DNA of 64,000 nucleotides from Octopus vulgaris (taxonomy: Eukaryota). Location: contig OX597817.1 in NCBI GenBank assembly GCA_951406725.2, positions 24,242,001-24,306,000 on the forward strand. The letters run 5' to 3'. The notes under the pieces are model-generated. The model saw only the letters and a program-made list of their open reading frames with translations, was not told where the DNA came from and did no database searches. The translations under genes and the position numbers were made by a program. Shown here in pieces: positions 12,230-24,882 of this stretch. Positions within the stretch are counted from its first letter, which is position 1; each line of letters opens with the position of its first letter.

Positions 12230-12950
12230 GGAAGACTGAGCTACAAACTTAGCACATTGCTTGTTTGCCAATGATCTGAAAATGCACACCAAGAATGTCA
12301 ATCGTATGAAGGAAAGCCTTCATACCAATGCATAGTTACAAATTTCTCAGAGAATACAAGGATGGTGTATATCCGGGATAAATGCTCTTGCAGTGCCATA
12401 AAACAAAGGAGAACTATAAACCAATTTACTAACATTACAATCAATGGTCTGACAATATATATATGATGTTAGCTGTATAATGGTACAGGTGCTTGGGAGT
12501 GGATAGAAATATTTCCAGTGTGGTAATCTGCAACAAAGATGGCATAGTTAGAAAGGATAATACCTATTTCTTTACTACCCACAAGGGGCTAAACACAGAG
12601 GGGACAAACAAGGACAGACAAACTGATTAATCGATTATATCAACCACAGTGCGTAACTGGTACTTGATTTATCGACCCCGAAGGGATGAAAGGCAAAGTT
12701 GACCTCGGTGGAATTTGTACTTAGAACATAACAGCAGATGAAATACGTCTATGCATTTCACCCAGCGTGCTAATGTTTCTGCCAGCTCGCCGCCTGAGAG
12801 AGGATAATACCAGAATAAAGAAAATATTGTCCTCAGACCCTTTTGCATGCAAACAATCACTAGCCTACAATTTGTTGGCTGTACCAGTCATGACACTAAC
12901 GCACTAATATTTGGGCTGCTTGAGTGGGTGCTAAATGGGATTAAGTCTTC
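12230..12950 (+). mobile_element. Highly decayed non-LTR RT fragment interrupted by a family A SINE (12563-12794, minus)
   Basis: LAHCLFANDLKMH resembles the HLLFxDDLK RT motif; the SINE is flanked by aga(a/g)aggataatacc. Confidence 0.45.
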
Positions 12951-12959
12951 TTCTTTAAG

Positions 12960-13400
12960 TATCATGCCCAGAATGTAGGACAAAGGCAATCATGTCCTAC
13001 CAGAATTCTCGGTTCTCTGTTTACTGAAACAGTTCCACTTTCTGGTGTTAAATGCCACTTTCTTTCAACTAGTTCATCAAGCTTGACATCCATTATCATC
13101 CTTCTCTTTCCTCTGCTTCTTTTTTCCTTCAATCTTTCTGGTCATCTCTAAATTCTCTAGGTTCTCTTTCCCCATCACACAACTGAGGAATCTCATTTAC
13201 TTGGCCTTTATTTCTCAAGGCAGTTTCCTATTTATGGCAGCCTGGATATTATGGATAGTATGGAGAATATTGTGGATAGCATGGACATTTTCTCCATACT
13301 ATCCACCAATATTCTCCTTAAGAACCACATTTCACAGTCCTCCAAGCACTTTCTCGTTTCTGGTGTCGTAGATCATTCCCCACTTCAAACATCAAAATAG
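12960..13400 (-). mobile_element. Decayed RTE-clade LINE C-terminal fragment
   Basis: Minus-strand FLSCVMGKENLENLEMTRKIEGKRSRGKRR matches the RTE C-terminal G.IEGKR.RGR motif. Confidence 0.55.
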
Positions 13401-13492
13401 GGTAGACATGGCTATGAACCTGAAACCAAGGCAAAAATCAAACCCAACTAGTAAAAAACCATGGAAATCCAAGTTAATTCAATGAAGCAACT

Positions 13493-13843
13493 CTCTTTTT
13501 ATTTGTGTCAGTCATTTGACTGTGACCATGCTGGAGCACTGCTTTTAGTTGAGCAAATCGACCCCAGGACATATTCTTTATAAGCCTAGTACTTATTTTA
13601 TTGGTCTCTTTTGCCAAACCACTAAGTTAGGGGGATGAAAACACACCAGCATCAGTTGTCAAACAATGTTGGGGGACAATCACAGACACACAAACATATT
13701 CACATACAAACATATATATATATACATATATACGATGGGCTTCTTTCAGTTTCCATCTACCAAATCCACTCACAAGGCTTTGGTCGGCCCGGGGCTATAG
13801 TAAATGACACTTACCCAAGGTGCCACACAGTGGGACTGAACCC
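13493..13843 (-). mobile_element. SINE family B
   Basis: Same body as 10880-11283. Confidence 0.8.
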
Positions 13844-13845
13844 AT

Positions 13846-14011
13846 CCTAAAAAGAGGTGTTCCAAGAATGCTTCCGTCAATGGAAACAACACTGGATAAA
13901 GTGTGTGGCTTCAGAAGGAGACTACTTCAAAGGAGATTAAATGCTGAATTGATGTGTGTTGTTGTTTTCACTTTAGGGCACCAGTGTTGACACTTTAGAT
14001 TAGATCTCGTA
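13846..14011 (+). mobile_element. Mariner 3' end
   Basis: EVFQECFRQWKQHWIKCVASEGDYFKGD* is a typical mariner transposase C-terminus. Confidence 0.75.
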
Positions 14012-14193
14012 AGCAGCCACAGTCAGTATGTCTTTTTCATGGCAACAATCACAGATTTAAAGTGTAATGTCTTAGACAGTAATGACGGTTATGCCTTTCC
14101 TGACTGTCTTAGCTGTTCAGGTTAAAAGAAATGGCTGCATCCAGATACTGAAATTGTGTTGCAATATCAGTGTGATGGAAACTTACTACTCTA

Positions 14194-14566
14194 CAATGGC
14201 CCAGTGGTTAGGGCAGCGGACTCGCGGTCGTAGGATCACGGTTTCGATTCCCAGACCGGGCGTTGTGAGTGTTTATTGAGCGAAAACACCTAAAGCTCCA
14301 CGAGGCTCCGGCAGGGATGGTGGTGATCCCTGCTGTATTCTTTCACCACAACTTTCTCTCACTCTTACTTCCTGTTTCTGTTGTACCTGTATTTCAAGGG
14401 CCGGCCGTGTCACTCTCTGTGTCACGCTGAATATCCCCTAGAACTACGTTAAGGGTGCACGTGTCTGTGGAGTGCTCAGCCACTTACACGTTAATTTCAT
14501 GAGCAGGCTGTTCCGTTGATCAGATCAACCAGAACCCTCGTCGTCGTAACCGACGGAGTGCTTCCA
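14194..14566 (+). mobile_element. tRNA-derived SINE with a family D head and an alternative tail
   Basis: TGGCCCAGTGGTTAGGGC..GGTTTCGATTCCC head shared with 47637; actcta on both flanks. Confidence 0.8.
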
Positions 14567-16573
14567 CTCTATTGTACAATCTTTTATTAGTGCAACAAAC
14601 TTTGGTATGCAATCATTGCAGCATTATTTATTTTTTTGGATTCATGTTATGGTATGTTTTAGAAATTTGTCAGGATGTGGGGAAAGACATATGATGTTCA
14701 ATCTAATTTTCTCTGAATTTAATTGCCTTGACAATGTTTTTTCTCCTATTTTGTCAAATTGAAAATTGTAATCGTTTGCATTTTTTTTTTTTCATTTAGC
14801 ACAGTTGTAGTAAATAAACTGTTTTAATGAGAAATTTATCTTATAGCTGTGTTGTACGTATGGTGCTTGATATTTTTATAAGTGGTGACATAGCAAATTG
14901 CATTGTAATTTCAAATGAGACAGTAACAGTTATATAAGTCAAGTATAAAAGCACATTAAAATAGATCAAGTCAATGAGATAGCCTGTATAAAGTAGTTCA
15001 ACCTGTTCAACATAGCAGCCAAATCGCTCTCAAATAACACTACGTTTAACTTTTAAATTGAAAAACCTGAGAGCACATTAGATGAAATAGTCTGAGATAA
15101 ATTATACATGAAAAGTGAAAACTATAATGCCTGGACCATCTATTTGAATAAGGAGCTAAACAATTCAGGGCTAAACAAAAATAACTATATGGATGAACGT
15201 TTCAATAACTAAGTGAAGATACTACCAAGAATCAATTAGTTCTCACTGATATTTTCTGATGTGTCAATGACTTTTTCATTTAGAGAGAAATTTTTGCAGT
15301 ATAATATGATAATTAGTGAAACAGGGCAATAAAACTTTCAAAACCTGTGACAAAAAGTAATTTATTCTACTTTGGTTTTGCAGGTAAAGTTATTTCCTGA
15401 GCCTAAAAATGTTCCAGTATTTGACAGTAATAAATTTTCCTATTAGAAACATTTTGATGAGGTTGTTGTTGTTGTTGTTATTATTAGTTTGCTTTTTTCT
15501 GAATTCAAGCAAAGGAAATGTCCTTTGGGATAGAGAAAGTCTAAATCAAGAACTATTTGGACTTATACTGTTTATGATTATTCATAATGTTTTCTTATTT
15601 TTATAGTAAATGAAAAAGTACAAGGAACACCACAATTATTTTATCACCCCTTTCTCCACCTCCTCTTCATCATCATCATCATCACCACAACCACCGCCAC
15701 CACCACCATCATCGCTGTCATGATTATTGTTGCAGTCATCACTATCATCAACAGCTTAATTCTCCTCTTCCTCCTCTCCCCATCCCCTCCTCCTCCTCAC
15801 TCTCCTCCCATCATCCTCCCCTCATCCTACCTCCTCCTCCCCCCCTCCTCTCCTCCTCCCTCCCTCCTCCTCATCATCATCTAATAACGTCCACTTCCCA
15901 TGCAAGTTTGACTGGAACTGGCAAGCCAGAGAGCTGTACCAGGTTCCAGTCTGATTTGGCTTGGTTTCTACAGCTGGATGCACTTCCTAATACCAACCAC
16001 TCAAAGAGTGTAAGGGGTGCTTTTTACATGCCACTGGCACTGGTGTCATTTACATGACACTGGCAATAGGCATGACTATGATGAGTCTTCTCAAGCACAG
16101 CATATTGCCAAATGTCTCAGTTACTTGTCCTTAGCTTAAAAATGGATTATCGTGAATTTTGAAGAGAAATCATGAAACCACATACGATTTCATCATTGCA
16201 ATGATTATTCTGTCAATTTTCTGTCTCAGAAATAACAACCTTATCCTTATCATTTTCCAGTGAATCTTGCACCAGTTAGTGCATATGTTCTCTTAACTGA
16301 CGAATTTATACACCATACCATGCTAACTTAAAAAAGAAAGACTTGCTGGTTAAAGTAATCTTAGATACAACGTCAGGGAAAATAAAAAAAAAGGAAGAGA
16401 TTATCATAGCTTAGAACATTTTTGATCAGAAATCTATTCAATCAGAAATGAGTTGGGCTTAAAAATTAATAAATGCTTATTACTACATTGTGAATGTACA
16501 TGCACAAGTATACACATACATACATACGTGACTACATATACACACACACTCACACACAGACATATACATACAT

Positions 16574-16625
<52 letters not shown>

Positions 16626-19600
16626 GAAAAAGACAATGATAAATGGGAGAAATAAAAAAGACCCTTGAAAGACTTTCAATCAATCAAACTCTGCACAACT
16701 ATTAAAAGTAAAAGAAATAGAAAATATCGATCATACTCTGTATAATATTAATGGTAATCTCAATTGTAAGTGACTCATGAGCTTTTAATGCTCACTTTCT
16801 CTCACATCTTTTCTACAACGTTTCTTTTTTTAAAAAAAAAGAAAAGTAAAGTCGATCGTTTATATAGTTCCTAAATGTTTTAGATGACCATGTAGTTTTA
16901 TCCAAAGTTGCGGTGCATTGATAAGCTCCAGTTTAGAACGAAATAAATTTTAATTTCTCTGCATCTACTTACAAAAAAAAATGGAAAACAAATAAGAATG
17001 AATTATATAGAAGTATAATAAAATAAATATACGAAAAAAAACTCTCCCCACCTTTTATGTCTTAGTAAATCCTTTTTTTCTCTCTGCCCCTTAAACTAAA
17101 AATAACTGTAAATGGCAACAGAGGTGGTCCACAGTCAAATTTCACGTGTGTGTATAGATATATATACATATATATATATTTATTATTTATTTATTATTTA
17201 TGTATAGAGTGTTTGAAGTGGTGTACAGATATTGTATATTGAGAAAAAAGGAGGCAGTCAGAAATTTTGATAATTCTGTATTAGTGTTTCCATTCATTTT
17301 TTTTAACTCGTCAAATCAAAATCAACATGATGAAAACAGAATGTTTCATTGTTCATTTATAAGAGCCAAATGCTTTTTTGCTTTGCTAGGGAGAGGAGAA
17401 TATTATTTTTGTTGTTTTTGAAAAACGGATGAGAGTGAGAGAGAAAGAAAACCAAAGGGGGGGGGATAGACAGAGAGAGAGATAGGTTTCTTTTCAATTT
17501 GATGTGGTCAATTCATTGAAATTTCATTACAAAGCATTTTTCTTTTCCCTTTATCTTTTCTTCCTTTTTTTCTTTTCCTTATATAACTATCAGCATATTT
17601 GAAAATGAACATATTTTCTCACAAGGGCTAGTGAAAGTGGGATGGGAAAATAGGAAAAAGAGGGCAGGGTACAGTCATCACTGAAATATAAATAAGTCCT
17701 ATAAAAATGTATATTCCTTTACACTTGTATAGTGAAGTCCCATATTCTGTGTAATTCCATGTTTTGCATGAAAAAACATTAAATATTAGTACAATATTCA
17801 TAAATAAGGAAAATAAAGTCAGAATATAAGAAATAATCGGGTCCTGTTTATTATTCAATCTATTCTCTATCAACATTTAATCAAACGTCATAAATTAGTT
17901 TTGCATATATATTGTATATTTAGCTGGAGGTCACTCTGTAGGATATAAATTATATAATAAAGCAGGGCCTGCTTAAATATATATTTTTTTGAGTATCTTT
18001 CATCCTTTTGTAGGATTTCTTTTTGTTTTCCTTGCTTGCTTGGATAGGATAATTTAAAAGAAATCTTTTTATGAATTACTTTGCCAAATAGTTGTGACTG
18101 GGGTTATTTATTTTTATGTGAATATCCAGGAAAAGTAATTCATTGCAACTGGATTCTGTCATGCATTTGATGGATGAGTGAAGTATGTTGAGTATATTAT
18201 TAAATATTTGTAGGTCTTCATTTGATTTGTCCCAAAAGATGAAGTAGACATCGAGGAAGTGTTTCTACATTTTAATGATGTATTTCTTGTAATTCTGATT
18301 AGAAACCTTCTCTACTTCCTCAAAAACCTTTTCTTCCAAATATCCCATGGCTAGATTAGTATTTGAGGGTGCAAACTGTGTCTCCATAGCTATACCCTTT
18401 AACTGTCAATATGTTTTATTATTGAAACTAGAGGTATTTTCTTCTAATACCAGAAGTGATGAACTCAGTTTTGAAGCTTTCATTTATCTGTATTCTATGT
18501 TTCTCTATCCAGCGTTTAACTGCTTCCAGATCCAAAGTATGAGGTATATTCATATAAAGATTGAAGACATCAAATCTTGTAAGTATAGTACCTTCTGGAA
18601 CAGTGGGTGGAATGGGCTGGAGGAAATCTATGCTGTCCTCTATACAGCTGGGTATTAATAGGTAGAAAGGTTTTAGGAGTATGTCCAAAAAATGACAGCT
18701 GTTGTGTTGGTGTTTGAGGTCCTGCAAATATTGGTCTCAGTTTGAGGTCAGTAAATCTTAGTATCTTTATGTATCGGTTCCTCTGTTCATTTATAGTTCT
18801 CTGTATTTCAGGGTTTTTGTGGATTTGAGGTAATCTGTAGGAATTGCTCTCTTTGATTACAGATTTGCATAAATAATCTTTCTCCTTGTCTGTGAAGAAA
18901 TCTTCATATTCATTAATTAGTGTTTTGATATTATTCATTATTGCTTTTCCTGGGTGTCTTGGTTCTTCCTTGTAGTAAGTTTGGTCTGTTAGAACTGCCA
19001 ATATCTTATCTTTATAGTCTTCTTTGTCCATGATTACTATTGCCCCTCCCTTAGCGGCTTCTTTTAGGGGATGATTGAATTGTCATTCTTCAGTGTTAAT
19101 AAGGCTTCCTTTTTTTTTCTTCATGAAGGTTTTCTTTTTGCTTTTACAAGTACTTGGGGAAAATTTCGAAATTGTGTCTATATATGCATCTAAATGTTTG
19201 TCCTTTCCCTTGTAGTGGGTGAAGTGGGATTTATTTCTGACAATTGATTTATCATTTATATCCTCATTGCTGAAGAATTCTATGAGCCAAAGGTGGCAGT
19301 TAAAATGCTCAATATCAGCTTTTAGTTTAATGGGATTAGCGGTGGGTGTCAGGGTAAAACCGAAACCTTTTAATTGGAGTTTCATCTCATTCTTTTTGAG
19401 GTTTCTATTTGACAAATTTAATGATCTTTGGGTTTATATGTTCTGTGTGCTCATTAAAATTTCCAGTTGCATTGGATCTGGTGCACAATTGTGATATGTT
19501 CTCCCTAAAAAAGGATTGTATTGTTGTTTCCATTTCTTGTTGTTTCTGGGGTTTTGATTCCCCCATAGATTGTTCATATTCTTTGTACATATTTTGTTGT

Positions 19601-20524
19601 CTATAGGTTCTGTCTTCTTCACATCTATGTTTATTGGGCCTTTCAGGATGCATCGGATCGTTGGTTATAAATCGTGGATTTCTTGAGTTTCCATGATGAT
19701 TCTTCATATTATAGTTTCTGTGTTGTCCGTATTTTATTCGTCTTTCTTTCCATGCATTCATCCATCTAGGGTACTTGGCATTATGGTTTGACAATTGTAT
19801 GTATGTTACTTGTCTTTCCTGTCTTTTCCCCCATGTATTCGTCCATCTATTGTATTTGATATTATGGGCTGATGGTTGACTTCTATATTCCATGTATTTG
19901 TTTATTGCAGTGTTGTTTTGGTATTGCAGAATATGTTCTTGGGTAACTAAAGGTTAAGTACCTTGGTCTGGTTCTTCTAGATTTGGTGTCTATGTTTGTT
20001 TTTTTATTTCCTTGTATTTTTTTGTTGTTGTGGTTTCGTTTTCATAATGGATTTTTCTCCATAGATTTTTTTTTCATAGCTAGTGAATCACTCTTTTTGT
20101 TTTCCCACATTTTTATGGATTCTTCTTCTTTCTGCTCTGTCTTCTTTCCGTAGTTGTTGTAATTTTTCGTGACTTTGATTGTCACTTCATTCAGCGATTT
20201 CATCAAACATAAATGCATCAATTGTTTTGAATTTCTCTTCATGTCATATTTTTTGCGATTGGAGAAGAGAAATTTTTGCTTCTAGTCAGCATGAAGCTAA
20301 GATTGCCCATACTGTCGTTTCTTCCAGTGATTCGCCTCTTATTTCTTTAAGAAGAAATTTTTGGGGAAGAATTGGGTTTTCTTTGCTTCACTAATTTTGG
20401 TAGGTGTTGGCTACAATGGAACGAAAAAAGAAAGAAAAGAGAAAGAAAAACAGAAAATATGCTTCATAACGAAATTTCAATGAATTGACCACAATCACAT
20501 CAAATTGAAAAGAAACCTCTCTCT

Positions 20525-20562
<38 letters not shown>

Positions 20563-20788
20563 ATTAATCAATATAGGGTGGCAAAAAAATTTTGTAGAAT
20601 TCTTTTGCCACCAGCGGCCTAGTAGGAAAAAAATTAAATAGTCATAAACCATTTTTACGTTCAACATCACAATCAAGGAGCGGCCATAATAGGCCATTCA
20701 CCCACTAGAAATAACAGCCAAAAGCTTTAACCGCAAAATAACATTAATACCGTAAACCAGGAGAAAATTGAAAAACTTTTACCCTGTA

Positions 20789-20895
20789 ATTTCTTAGACG
20801 ATGCACCGTTTCATCTACCGTTTAATGGTAAACTAACCTGATTAAATTAAATCAAGCCAATCCACCATAGGCCCTTAGACTCATAAGTAAGAAAT
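20789..20895 (-). ncRNA. Second copy of the same hammerhead with a mutated core (CUUAUGA)
   Basis: Matches 21485-21591 except for the G5>U change at position 20885. Confidence 0.75.
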
Positions 20896-21484
20896 AGCCA
20901 AATCGGAACAGATATTTTTCACGAGGCATACCTCTTGCTACCTCGGCAATATCTGACCTAAAATTTTCAAATCGTCGCACTCGCGCCAAATTTATCGGCA
21001 GCAAATAAATATAAGCCACCGATTCATTTACGGAACTAACCAGAAAATTCATAATTAATCAATATAGGGTGGCAAAAAAATTTTGTAGAATTCTTTTGCC
21101 ACCAGCGGCCTAGTAGGAAAAAATTAAATAGTCATAAACCATTTTTACGTTCAACATCACAATCAAGGAACGGCCATAATAGGCCATTCACCCACTAGAA
21201 ATAACAGCCAAAAGCTTTAACCGCAAAATAACATTAATACCGTAAACCAGGAGAAAATTGAAAAACTTTTACCGCTGGTGGCAAAAGAATTCTACAAAAT
21301 TTTTTTGCCACCCTATATTGATTAATTATGAATTTTCTGGTTAGTTCCGTAAATGAATCGGTGGCTTATATTTATTTGCTGCCGATAAATTTGGCGCGAG
21401 TGCGACGATTTGAAAATTTTAGGTCAGATATTGCCGAGGTAGCAAGAGGAATGCCTCGTGAAAAATATCTGTTCCGATTTGGCT

Positions 21485-21591
21485 ATTTCTTACTGATGAG
21501 TCTAAGGGCCTATGGTGGATTGGCTTGATTTAATTTAATCAGGTTAGTTTACCATTAAACGGTAGATGAAACGGTGCATCGTCTAAGAAAT
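21485..21591 (+). ncRNA. Type I hammerhead ribozyme with an extended stem II
   Basis: AUUUCUUA-CUGAUGA-GUCUA..[long hairpin]..UAGAU-GAAA-CGGU GC AUCG-UC^UAAGAAAU: 8-bp stem I, full core, GUC site (cut after 21583). Confidence 0.88.
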
Positions 21592-22124
21592 TACAGGGTA
21601 AAAGTTTTTCAATTTTCTCCTGGTTTACGGTATTAATGTTATTTTGCGGTTAAAGCTTTTGGCTGTTATTTCTAGTGGGTGAATGGCCTATTATGGCCGT
21701 TCCTTGATTGTGATATATATATATATATATATATATCCTCTCTCCATCCTTTATGAAATTTTCTCCTCTTTCTTGATTGTCCTGAAACCTCTCTCTTTGT
21801 CTATTCCCCTTTGCTTTTCTTTCTCTTTCCCCCTCTTTTTCTAAAAAAGCAAAAACAATATTCTCCTCTTTTAAACAAAGCAAAAAAAGCCACCGCTTCA
21901 CATAAATGAACAACAAAACGTTCTGTTTTTACCATTTTTGGTTTTGATTTTGTGTTGCTGAGTTCAAAAAACAAATGAAAATGCTAATAAAAAATTATCC
22001 AAAATTCTGACTGCCTCCTTTTTTCAACACACATACACACATATATATGCATACATATATATGCATACATGTATATATATACATATATATATGTATGCAT
22101 GTATGTATGTATGTATATTATGTC

Positions 22125-22677
22125 AGGTCACTTTTGAGTGCTACTGGTAACATGTAATCCAGTACAACCTGTTGCATGGTCGGGTCGTCGTCGACTAAAC
22201 CGGCAATCCCACCAAGCTTGCTTGGTGAGGAGGGTGTTTATTGGACATCCTGCGGGATGAAAAACAAAACCCGTCAAAGGGCGGAGAAACTCTTGAGAGT
22301 CAACGGCCATCCAATAAATGGCTTAAGGCTGTATCATGCGCGGGGACATAGAAATAATCGGCATGAATACCCGATCGCGTAGTTAAACCATTGGGAGTGA
22401 AGGACTCCTAGCATTTGTTAGGGCATCCTTCTAGGAGAAGGTAACTCGAGTAACTGGGATAACTCTGAAATAAAACCTGCGGCTCAGTGGTTACTGATGA
22501 TGTTGACTTGTTCTTCTTTTCGGATTATGACTACTGTTGCTTAGTGAGTGGGATTGACTCAGTGCACAGCCTTTCCTCACTTTAAAAAAAATCTTCATGC
22601 ACAGGCATTGCATGATAACAACATTGATTAAGCTTTGTGCAATGGCCATACTCGCTAACAAGGGGGCATCCACCATG
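22125..22677 (+). mobile_element. Interspersed repeat resembling an RTE 5'UTR-derived non-autonomous element
   Basis: GC-richer block between microsatellites; GGGCATCCTTCTAGGAGAAGGTAACTC resembles RTE 5'UTR motifs as I recall them. Confidence 0.35.
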
Positions 22678-22748
<71 letters not shown>

Positions 22749-22810
22749 GCCATGATAGATCGTTAGCTCCTACACACATTTTTTTCTCTCCTTGTTTTTT
22801 TTTCTGTGTA

Positions 22811-22848
22811 TCTTTCTGTTGAAGAGCGTAGGCTCGAAACATAAAAGA
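22811..22848 (+). ncRNA. Degenerate minimal hammerhead motif
   Basis: UCUUU-CUGUUGA-A-GAGC GUAG GCUC-GAAA-CA-UA^AAAGA: stems I and II are perfect, but core A6>U and stem III are broken. Confidence 0.5.
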
Positions 22849-23416
22849 CTTGTTCTATTTCTATTCCTGAGCGCCATACTAATACATTTGTTTGTTTGTA
22901 CTCCACCTACCTTCGTCTTTTGTTTATTTTCGTAAACCTTCCCATTATATATATATATATATATATATAGATAGATATAGATATGTACGTGTATATATAA
23001 ATGTGTATGTGTATGTGTGCAAAGGCATATGGTCTTGTAGTTAAGGCATTGCACTCATGATCACTAGATCATAGATTCAATTCTCAAACTAGGCAGTGTG
23101 TTGTGTTCTTGAGCAAAACACTTCATTTCACTTTGCTCTGCAAGTGGGAGAATGGCAGAATCATCAGAACATTGGCAGAGATGCTTTATAGAATATCTTT
23201 CAGATCTATACATTCTTAGTTCAAATCCCAGCTGCCTGGAGAAGACAATGTCTCAAGTCTAATCATGGTAGTCAAAGCTCCAATAATCTAATTAACAATA
23301 GTAGGGGAGAGTATGAGCCCCCACTAAGGTTGTATAGAGACTGCTAGAGAAGATTGACTTGCACAGGACCTGCCCAGGGATAGTCCATTGCTAGACTGTG
23401 TATGTGTGTGCATATG

Positions 23417-23447
<31 letters not shown>

Positions 23448-23490
23448 ATGTATGAATATATATATATATATAATATATGAGAAGAAAAAG

Positions 23491-23827
23491 GCCCCCCTTC
23501 AATCATGAATGACCATGGTATTGCACCTAGAAAGTTCCCCTCCAAGGCACAAGTTCAGACAAGGTTGTTTTGTTTATGGAAGACCAGCAGTCACCCATGC
23601 AAACCAACTGCCCGTCTCCATGTCACATGTTATCCAAGGGAAAGGCAAAAACCAGTACAGCTTGCCACCAGTGATATTGCAACTCATTTCTACAAGTGAG
23701 TGAACTGGAAAAATGTGAAATAAGTTGTCTTGCTCAAGAACACAACACACAATCTGGTCCAGGAATCAAACTCACCACCTCATGATCGTAAGCCCAGCAC
23801 TCTAACCACTAAGTTATGCACATTCAC
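23491..23827 (-). mobile_element. tRNA-derived SINE family E
   Basis: Reverse complement of 33021-33349. Confidence 0.75.
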
Positions 23828-24485
23828 ATATAATATATGATATATATTATTAAATTAAAATATAATATATAAGAGCTACTAATAGTTTCTTGCCATTAAG
23901 ACATGTGGATAGGCAGGTTTTTCTAATGTGCTTTGTGTCTCTAAACAATCTTTGGGCTCTGAGTACATGCTTTTGTTCTCTTTGAAAACTGCTTACTCTA
24001 ATTTTATTTCTTTTCTTCCCTTTCTTTTTTCCTTTTTTATTCCCCCTTAATCTTCACATTCCACTTTTTGGCATCAACCTTCTCATTGTTTCTCATGTAC
24101 CAAAGTACTGATATTCAAATAGAACAAACCATGTGCTCACATCCTGAATATTGTTTGGAGAAACATGTCATATTTTTAAAACACCTACTTATCCACGTGT
24201 CTTAATGGCAAGAAACTATAAGTAGCTCCTATTTTAATACAGTATACATTAAATTATATTTATCTCTAACTAGATGGAGTACATTTTTTTATATTACCTT
24301 AACAGAGCAGCAAACTATATCTTATATTAAACTTTTAATACTTTTTGATAGTTTATAAAAAATAAATAAATATAAAAATATAAATATAAAAAAATAAAAA
24401 ATATTAAAAAAATTTTAAAATAAAAAAAATAAATAATAATAATTAAATAAAATAATAATAAAAAAATATATATATTTATAATTTA

Positions 24486-24882
24486 CTAGCAGTATCACCC
24501 GGCGTTGCTCAGGTTTGTAAGGGAAATAACTATATAAGCATTTTTAGAGATGTAAAGTATAATAGCCCTCTCAATATGGCTAACCACAAAGGTGGGGGTG
24601 TTACTGTAGCTTTTTACGTTCTGAGATTTAATAATAAATTTTTAGAGAGTTACTTCCCTTATATATGCCAAAAATGCATTAAAAATGGGAAAAATTGATG
24701 GTAAATTTTTTTAAAATCGTAGACTCATCATAGACGCGCGCTAAAACCCAGAAGGGCTCGATATGAATCACGACTATAAGATACCCGCTTTTGGTTAAAC
24801 TGCACCGCAAAATGTGGGAGTAGTTAGGAATCTAAATCGTAGGAGACAGACACTCACACAACCTCACTTTTATATATAAAGA
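24486..24882 (-). mobile_element. Non-autonomous Helitron
   Basis: Minus strand reads A|TCTTTATATATAAAAG ... CCTGAGCAACGCCGGG hairpin ... CTAG|T: TC and CTAG termini inserted at an AT site with no TSD. Confidence 0.85.

Larger units (their letters stand above)
20561..21712. mobile_element. Retrozyme-like ~491-nt unit: ~1.45 tandem copies plus an inverted ~0.9 copy
   Basis: TAATTAATCAATATAGGGTGGC starts at 20561 and 21052; inversion at ~21272; copies are near-identical, contain an HHR and sit in (TA)n. Confidence 0.8.
17244..22025 (-). mobile_element. Decayed Penelope-like retroelement with inverted terminal repeats
   Basis: Frameshifted RT at ~17880-19420: NLSNRNL..KGFGFTLTP, GAIVIMDKEDY, LPQIHK, LRPI, FDVFNLYMNIP, QLKGIAM, FLDIHI. 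17244-17545 is inverted relative to 20450-20520 plus 21780-22025. No GIY-YIG domain was seen. Confidence 0.85.

Noticed and set aside
17244-17545. Hammerhead in the Penelope terminal repeat
   Set aside because: Only a GAAAC-like remnant is visible, with no intact core in either arm.
20852-21528. Identical 66-aa ORF on both strands (MNFLVSSVNESV...)
   Set aside because: It follows from the inverted duplication, has no recognisable domain and overlaps the ribozyme; a peptide cannot be fully excluded.
22170-22260. HDV-like ribozyme in the RTE-5'UTR-like repeat
   Set aside because: I could not build the nested double pseudoknot by eye.
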